From assembly GCA_018645065.1 (NCBI GenBank), contig JABGPF010000005.1:1-46546 (forward strand): a stretch of DNA of 46,546 nucleotides, given 5' to 3'. Within the stretch, counting starts at the first letter, position 1, and the number at the start of each line of letters is the position of its first letter. Positions 41,878 through 46,546 of this stretch are shown here, one piece after another. The stretch comes from Phycisphaerales bacterium (GTDB lineage Bacteria > Planctomycetota > Phycisphaerae > SM23-33). Under the pieces are notes generated by a model, which saw only the letters and a program-made list of their open reading frames with translations, did not search any database and was not told the origin of the DNA. The position numbers were made by a program, and so were the translations under genes.

Positions 41878-41883
41878 ATTATA
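41878..41883 (-). promoter_or_regulatory. TATAAT -10 hexamer for tRNA-Ala
   Basis: The minus strand reads gatgtataatgc, 46 nt upstream of the tRNA 5' end. The same GAT(R)TATAATG context appears upstream of ymdB (21982-21987) and of the DJ-1/PfpI gene (about 41700). Confidence 0.45.
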
Positions 41884-42070
41884 CATCGAACGGATTATTT
41901 TGGGAAGAAAAATTCTCGACGTTTGTTAAACTGGTGCGTGATATAAAAAGAGGCGTCCGAGGCCAACGGATAACGGCAAGGTCTAAATCGTCCCTCTATA
42001 ATGTCGCACACAACACGCGGGGCGTTGCTCCGCCGCTAGACGAAACCGCGCAACGTCAACTATGATATGT

Positions 42071-42152
42071 TCGCCGTTGCCGTTGCCGTACGTCGTTGCC
42101 GTACGCCAGTTGCCAATTGCCAATTGCCAGTTGCCAAGCCGCCGAAGGCGGC
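42071..42152. repeat. Short-period repeat patch (copy C) ending in a GC hairpin that touches the radical SAM stop codon
   Basis: The patch has cgccgttgccgttgccgt, which matches 22159-22176 at 16 of 18 positions. It also has gttgccgtacg x2, ccagttgcc x2 flanking caattgccaattg, and the hairpin gccgcc-gaa-ggcggc (42138-42152). Confidence 0.6.
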
Positions 42153-43348
42153 TACCCATCCAACTGTTTTGGCGAGATTTCTTCGTCTGTCAGGTAGCAC
42201 GCCGGGTCGTCGCCCCAGATGTCGTCTCCGCCCTGGTCGGCCCGGGCGCGGAAGTTTCCGTTGCATACGTTCAACCAGCAGCATTCGAGGCATCGGCCTT
42301 TCAGGTGACTCTTGCGGTCTCGCAGCTTCGAGAGGAACGGATGGTCCGGATCACTCCAGATTTCGCTGAACGCTCTTTCACGCACGTTGCCCAGTTCATG
42401 CTGGCGCCAGAACTGGTCGGGTAATACTGTTCCGTCCCAGCTTATGCACCCGATACCCTGGCCGCTTGAGTTTCCACCGTTCATTTGCATCAGTTCGAAG
42501 CAGTCCTTCTGACGCTCGGGATTGGTTTCTTTCAGTCGCATGTACAGGTAGGGCCCGTCGGCGTGATTGTCTACGGTCAGCACTTCGAGCATTCGCCCAG
42601 CGGCGTGTGCCTGGGCCGTGCGATCCATGATAAGGTCCAGCGTGTCGCGCGTTTCCTGGTAGGTTAAAATCGCGTCGGACATGTCTTTCCCGCGTCCGGT
42701 GTCGACTAAGTGATAAAAACAGACGCGCGGGATGCCTTCGGCTTCTATCAGATCGAAAATACCGCCGACTTCCTCAACATTGTGTTTGTTCAGTGTGAAT
42801 CGCAGGCCGACTTTTACTTCGGCTTCCAGGCAGTTGCGTATTCCAGTAAGGGCCCGGTCAAATGCGCCGTCCACGCCGCGGAACTTGTCGTTTGTTGCTT
42901 TTAGTCCGTCGAGGCTTACCCCTACGTAGCTCAGGCCGGCTTCGGCGAGTTTGGCGGCCATCGGTTTGTCGATAAGGTTACCGTTGGTTGAGACTACCGC
43001 ACGCAGGCCTGCGGCTCGGGCGTAGGAGATCAGCCCTGTCACGCCCGGACGCATGAGCGGTTCACCGCCTGAGAACAGGAGCACCGGGCATCCGAACTTC
43101 GCCAGGTCGTCGATCATTACCTTTGCTTCGTCGTCGGTAAGTTCGTTCGGGTCGGGTTGGTTGGTGCTGGCTGAGTAGCAGTGTTTGCACTTCAGATTGC
43201 ATCGTTTTGTGCAGTTCCATACGAGCACAGGTTTCTTGTCGGCCGAGAACTGCAGCAGGTTGCTGGGAAGCTGCGCGCTGTCTCGTCCGTAGCGGAGCGG
43301 GTCAGATGCTTCAACCGTTCCGCAATATAGTTTCGATATTCCAATCAT
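42152..43348 (-). CDS. Radical SAM/SPASM domain protein, NirJ / AhbC-AhbD-like (siroheme-derived heme/heme d1 maturation family)
   Basis: The CxxxCxxC cluster is in VWNCTKRCNLKCKHCY. GGEPL is present. The C-terminal SPASM cysteines are GCISWDG...GRCLECCWLNVCNG...ACY. The N-terminal ISKLYCG...DPLRYGR extension resembles NirJ1/NirJ2-type proteins as I recall them. The subfamily call is less certain than the superfamily. Confidence 0.8.
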   Translation of the reverse strand: MIGISKLYCGTVEASDPLRYGRDSAQLPSNLLQFSADKKPVLVWNCTKRCNLKCKHCYSASTNQPDPNELTDDEAKVMIDDLAKFGCPVLLFSGGEPLMRPGVTGLISYARAAGLRAVVSTNGNLIDKPMAAKLAEAGLSYVGVSLDGLKATNDKFRGVDGAFDRALTGIRNCLEAEVKVGLRFTLNKHNVEEVGGIFDLIEAEGIPRVCFYHLVDTGRGKDMSDAILTYQETRDTLDLIMDRTAQAHAAGRMLEVLTVDNHADGPYLYMRLKETNPERQKDCFELMQMNGGNSSGQGIGCISWDGTVLPDQFWRQHELGNVRERAFSEIWSDPDHPFLSKLRDRKSHLKGRCLECCWLNVCNGNFRARADQGGDDIWGDDPACYLTDEEISPKQLDG

Positions 43349-43474
43349 GATAATCTCTCTTTAGTGTTACTCCCCGCAATAGTATAGCGTTTTGCTGAGG
43401 CTTTTTGGGAGTTTTTTGGGAGTTTTTCGGGGGGCTTTGCTGAGCGGCGTGGGCGTTTGGCTAGATGGCGTTCA

Positions 43475-44509
43475 TTACAGTTCGGGCGCCTGGTCTGGAG
43501 GGCTGTACTTCTTCAGGAGTTTTTTCAGGTCTTCCTGATCAGACATGATCTCCAGCGACTGTCGCCAGGCGGTGAGGCCCTGATCGCGAAGTTCGGTGTC
43601 ATCCTGCGACAGGACGTACTGGGTTATGCGAACGGTGCCCAGGCCTCGCAGGGCGGTGGCGTCTTTCGGGTCGAGCGAGATCGCCTGTTCGTAGGCTCCG
43701 ATGGACTTATCATACTGCTTAAGGCGGTAGTAGCATTGTCCGATCTGCCTGAACGGAGCGGGGTCTTTGGGGTCTTGTTTGCTCGCCAGACGGAAGGGCG
43801 AGAGGGCGGCTTTGCACATCCCTTGACGCATGTACGTTGAGCCCAGATTAAGTAGTATCTTGGGCTGGTTTGTGTCGAGTTCGAGTGAGTCTTTGTACGC
43901 TCGAACGGCTTTGTAGAGTCGATTTTGGCTGTCGTAGATGATCCCCAGGTTGCTGTGTGCTTGCGGCGACTTGGGGTCTTTGGCGATTGCGGCGTGGCAG
44001 TATTCTTCGGCAAGGTCGTATTTGCCTAACTGGAAATAGCAGGCAGAGAGGTTCAGGTTCGCGTCGAAGTCATCGTCGCGGATAACAACGGCCCGCAGGT
44101 AAACGTTAACCGCTTCCTTGAGGTTCTTTGTGTATTCCTCAACCGCTTCCGCCGCCTGGGCCAGCGCCTGGTACGTAACCCCGAGATTATAGTGTGCTCG
44201 GAACGCGTAAGGATTTGTGCGGCAAGCGTTTCGGTAGGCTTCCGCCGCCAGTTTATGGTTTCCGTCCTTGCGATGGATATCACCGATAGCTGAATGGGCT
44301 GCAGATAGTTCCGGATCTGATTGAATCGCCTTGAGCAGTTCAGCCAGCGCCGCGTCTGTGTCACCCGATTCAGCGAGATATTGCCCGTGCGCATAGTGAT
44401 CGAAGGAAATCTCAAGTCCCTTCTCTTTTGAGTATCTGCACCCAGCGGCGCTAAATACCGCAGAGAAACTCAGGAGCACTAAAAGCGTTCTTGTAGGCAT
44501 TGATTTCAT
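43475..44509 (-). CDS. Tetratricopeptide-repeat lipoprotein
   Basis: 344-aa ORF with signal peptide and lipobox FSAAGC. Multiple 34-aa TPR units follow (AHYNLGVTYQALAQAAEAVEEY, AHSNLGIIYDSQNRLYKAVRAY, LLNLGSTYMRQGMCKAAL and others). Confidence 0.85.
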   Translation of the reverse strand: MKSMPTRTLLVLLSFSAVFSAAGCRYSKEKGLEISFDHYAHGQYLAESGDTDAALAELLKAIQSDPELSAAHSAIGDIHRKDGNHKLAAEAYRNACRTNPYAFRAHYNLGVTYQALAQAAEAVEEYTKNLKEAVNVYLRAVVIRDDDFDANLNLSACYFQLGKYDLAEEYCHAAIAKDPKSPQAHSNLGIIYDSQNRLYKAVRAYKDSLELDTNQPKILLNLGSTYMRQGMCKAALSPFRLASKQDPKDPAPFRQIGQCYYRLKQYDKSIGAYEQAISLDPKDATALRGLGTVRITQYVLSQDDTELRDQGLTAWRQSLEIMSDQEDLKKLLKKYSPPDQAPEL

Positions 44510-44628
44510 AGGGATTTCAATAGGTCCAGGCGTCTGTTAGAGAAACTGTCTGGATACTTGTAACCTCTGGGGCGTTCGGGGTCAAGATTTTAGACCGCTG
44601 AGTTTATTCCAAACGCCCGCAGCCGTTT

Positions 44629-45972
44629 TTATTTTTTTGGGTAGCTTATGTTCCAGTGAGTGGGTGTCTGGCTTGGTGTTTTTCGTATTTCCAGGTTTTC
44701 GAACTGCTTTTGCTGACCGGTGGGAGTTGTCACGGTCAGTTTGTATCGCCCGTGGAATCCTCGGAAAGTCGCTTGCCCGTCTGCGTTTGTGGTGATGTTC
44801 GTTTCTGTGCGCCAGTCTTTGGTTATCAGTTTTTTCAGGACATTGTACGCCGGCTTTGGCGTCATGTCCTTGTTGAGCAGGCCGGCGGGGGCTTGCATCC
44901 AGGCGTGTGCGTCTGACATGTTCCACCAGGTAATCGCCTCGACTGACGGATGCGAGAACAGCAGCGTGTAGACCCGTTTTGCGTCTATTGCCTGCTGTGC
45001 TTCGCCTTTTTTGCTCGATAACCACGGTTTGGGGCGATTCCATCCCTTCCTGCCCGACAGGATCGTCAGTTCGGTGAAATGGATCGGTTTTTTGAAGGCT
45101 GCGAACCGCTGGCAGACGGTCCATAGCTTTTGGTTCGACCATGTCCCACCGTGCATGTGGGCCTGGAGCCCGATCACGTCGTAGAACGGTTTGCCGTTCT
45201 TGTCGACCATGCTGGCGACCACTTTGGCGAAATCGTCTCCGACGTGGAAATCGTTTATGACGAGCGTGGCGTTGGGGTTGGCTTTTCTTGCGGCGCGAAA
45301 GGCTCGGCGGGGCAGTTCGATCCGCCCGACTTTCTCCCACATTGCAGTCACCGTAGGGGCTCGGGTCTTGTTGGGCTTCTGGGCGAAGTTGGTGGTCTCG
45401 TTGACTACGTCCCACATGTCGATCTTACCGGTGAACCGTTTAACGCAGTTGCTCACATGGGCCAGTTGCAGTTTCTCGACTTCAGCCAGATCGTCAGGCA
45501 GCCACTTAAGTTGCGAGTAGTTCCAGACCAGCGGGTGGCCCTTGGTGGTTATTTTTCGTTCGTTGCACCATACCGCGATTCGTTCGCGGCTGGCGTGCAG
45601 GGGCGCCCCGCGATGCTTCTCGTATCCCCACCAATAGTAGGGCAGCGTGGCGAAGTTGAACAGTTCGACGTACCGATCGGCGAACTTCCGATAGGGCTCA
45701 TCCTCAGCCAGCGGGAGTTTTAAATCACCGGACTGCAGCTTGTAGACCAGCGGGAATACGCTGCTGCCGAAAAGGAACTCAGAACTGACCTGCCGCACCT
45801 GGACCCTGGCGCCGGACAGAGGTTTCCCGTCCGGGCCGGTCAGAGTTATCCGCACGTCGCCTTTGCGATGTTTCTCAATCCGCTGCGGCGCCGATTCGAT
45901 CAGCTTATCCGGCGCGGCAGCGAGGCTCGAAACCGTGAGCGTCGCCAGAACCAGAAGCGAGATACGAATCAT
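44629..45972 (-). CDS. Glycoside hydrolase family 10 (endo-1,4-beta-xylanase-like) with a C-terminal beta-sandwich domain
   Basis: A signal peptide is present. The GH10 acid/base context is WDVVNE and the nucleophile context is IHFTELTI. The C-terminal about 70 aa resemble a carboxypeptidase-regulatory-like fold (FRGFHGRYKLTVTTPTG). Confidence 0.82.
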   Translation of the reverse strand: MIRISLLVLATLTVSSLAAAPDKLIESAPQRIEKHRKGDVRITLTGPDGKPLSGARVQVRQVSSEFLFGSSVFPLVYKLQSGDLKLPLAEDEPYRKFADRYVELFNFATLPYYWWGYEKHRGAPLHASRERIAVWCNERKITTKGHPLVWNYSQLKWLPDDLAEVEKLQLAHVSNCVKRFTGKIDMWDVVNETTNFAQKPNKTRAPTVTAMWEKVGRIELPRRAFRAARKANPNATLVINDFHVGDDFAKVVASMVDKNGKPFYDVIGLQAHMHGGTWSNQKLWTVCQRFAAFKKPIHFTELTILSGRKGWNRPKPWLSSKKGEAQQAIDAKRVYTLLFSHPSVEAITWWNMSDAHAWMQAPAGLLNKDMTPKPAYNVLKKLITKDWRTETNITTNADGQATFRGFHGRYKLTVTTPTGQQKQFENLEIRKTPSQTPTHWNISYPKK

Positions 45973-45997
45973 TGTTGCGCGTCCTTAAATGCGAGGC

Positions 45998-46546
45998 CTA
46001 GTCTTCGATGATTACTCGGAACCCGACGTCGACGAACTTTATCGCTGCGTTTGCGGGCATTTTCGAGAATGGGGTCGCGGTTTTGGGACGATCACGCCAC
46101 GAGCCGCCCTTGGCGATAAGTTGCGCCGGGGCGGTCATGCCTGTCGGAGCTTTCCATGGCGTTGAGGTCCACTCGGCTACGTTGCCGATCATGTCGTAAA
46201 CACCGGCGGCGTTGGGGGCGTACTTGCCCACCGTTGTGGAAACTCGGGCTCCGTCGTCGGAACTGAGAATCGAAGGACGCCACAGGGGCATTTCACCGCT
46301 GGCGTATTTGGTCAGAAACGACTTGTCAGCCAGGTTGGCGAGCTTGCTGAAGTCCTTGTCTGCGTAGCCTTTTTCGTCGCACTTACCGAACACCGCAGCC
46401 CATTCCCATTGCGTTTCAGTCGGCAGGGTGCATTTTTTGCCCGTCTTGTCCGACAGCCATTTGCAGAACGCCATCGCCTGGGTCTGCGAGACGCGAATCA
46501 CAGGTTGCTGCGGTCCGTTCAGGAGGAAGCCACGTACGATCCCGTC
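45998..46546 (-). CDS. FGE-sulfatase (SUMF1/EgtB/PvdO) domain protein; N-terminus outside the window
   Basis: The reading frame stays open upstream of the track's first Met (46501) to the window end. The sequence has AMAFCKWLS...LPTETQWEWAA...GVYDMIGNVAEWT...GGSWRD...VGFRV, the typical C-terminal half of the FGE-sulfatase domain. Confidence 0.85.
   Translation of the reverse strand, partial: DGIVRGFLLNGPQQPVIRVSQTQAMAFCKWLSDKTGKKCTLPTETQWEWAAVFGKCDEKGYADKDFSKLANLADKSFLTKYASGEMPLWRPSILSSDDGARVSTTVGKYAPNAAGVYDMIGNVAEWTSTPWKAPTGMTAPAQLIAKGGSWRDRPKTATPFSKMPANAAIKFVDVGFRVIIED

Noticed and set aside
41856-42065. 69-aa ORF in the tRNA / radical SAM spacer
   Set aside because: It begins inside the tandem leader repeats of tRNA-Ala. 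It has no RBS and an unremarkable basic composition. I treat the region as non-coding.

Overview
This is a 46.5-kb chromosomal segment from a moderately GC-rich diderm bacterium. The gene content suggests a Planctomycetota/PVC-type genome, but that is inference only. The supporting content is two ECF sigma modules (one with a FecR-type anti-sigma) without TonB receptors, many lipobox proteins, an RDD protein, an FGE-sulfatase domain, a SASA esterase, a GH10 enzyme and an HTH-EIIA fusion.

I support about 45 protein genes and one tRNA-Ala(CGC). I saw no rRNA, CRISPR array, integrase, transposase or phage genes.

Layout, left to right:
- 1-1316: an edge-truncated sialate O-acetylesterase-like gene. 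It is missing from the ORF track because its stop lies outside the window.
- 1459-5377: a divergent vWA (YfbK-like) / ECF sigma / coiled-coil membrane protein / TPR-like lipoprotein module.
- 5408-8924: a CHASE4-type histidine kinase, a NarL-type response regulator and a very unusual small secreted Cys/Gly/Asp/Pro-rich repeat protein.
- 9082-9945: an MBL hydrolase.
- 10155-20198: a same-strand block of ECF sigma, FecR, PD40 propeller, Tat-signal DUF362 protein, TolC, an oversized HlyD-type adaptor, an ABC ATPase and an FtsX permease.
- 20221-21949: ymdB plus a secreted hypothetical protein.
- 22723-29449: a five-gene minus-strand string of M16 peptidase, cyclodeaminase-like protein, Zn-ribbon protein, lipoprotein and RDD protein, with three 4-nt stop/start overlaps.
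- 29521-30003: a CheY-like receiver.
- 30181-31324: an AT-rich BrnT/BrnA toxin-antitoxin islet with a duplicated brnA, an extra CopG-type antitoxin and a brnT remnant.
- 31463-36594: priA, HTH-EIIA, DUF58 and htrA.
- 36946-41664: hsp20, lon, yggS and a DJ-1/PfpI protein.
- 41760-46546: tRNA-Ala, a NirJ/Ahb-like radical SAM/SPASM gene, a TPR lipoprotein, a GH10 xylanase and an edge-truncated FGE-sulfatase domain gene.

I found no recognisable complete novel defence or mobile system. The signals least explained by ordinary annotation are:
- a modular family of intergenic hairpin repeats, including a 172-bp MITE-like element with perfect 16-bp terminal inverted repeats and an inverted, rearranged second copy 14.4 kb away;
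- the two-component system, a 7-2-7 palindrome and the acidic Cys-rich repeat protein as one possible unit;
- the rearranged BrnTA islet;
- an orphan promoter plus strong terminator between lon and yggS, which could be an sRNA or a leader.

All family names come from motif recognition by eye. No database search was run.
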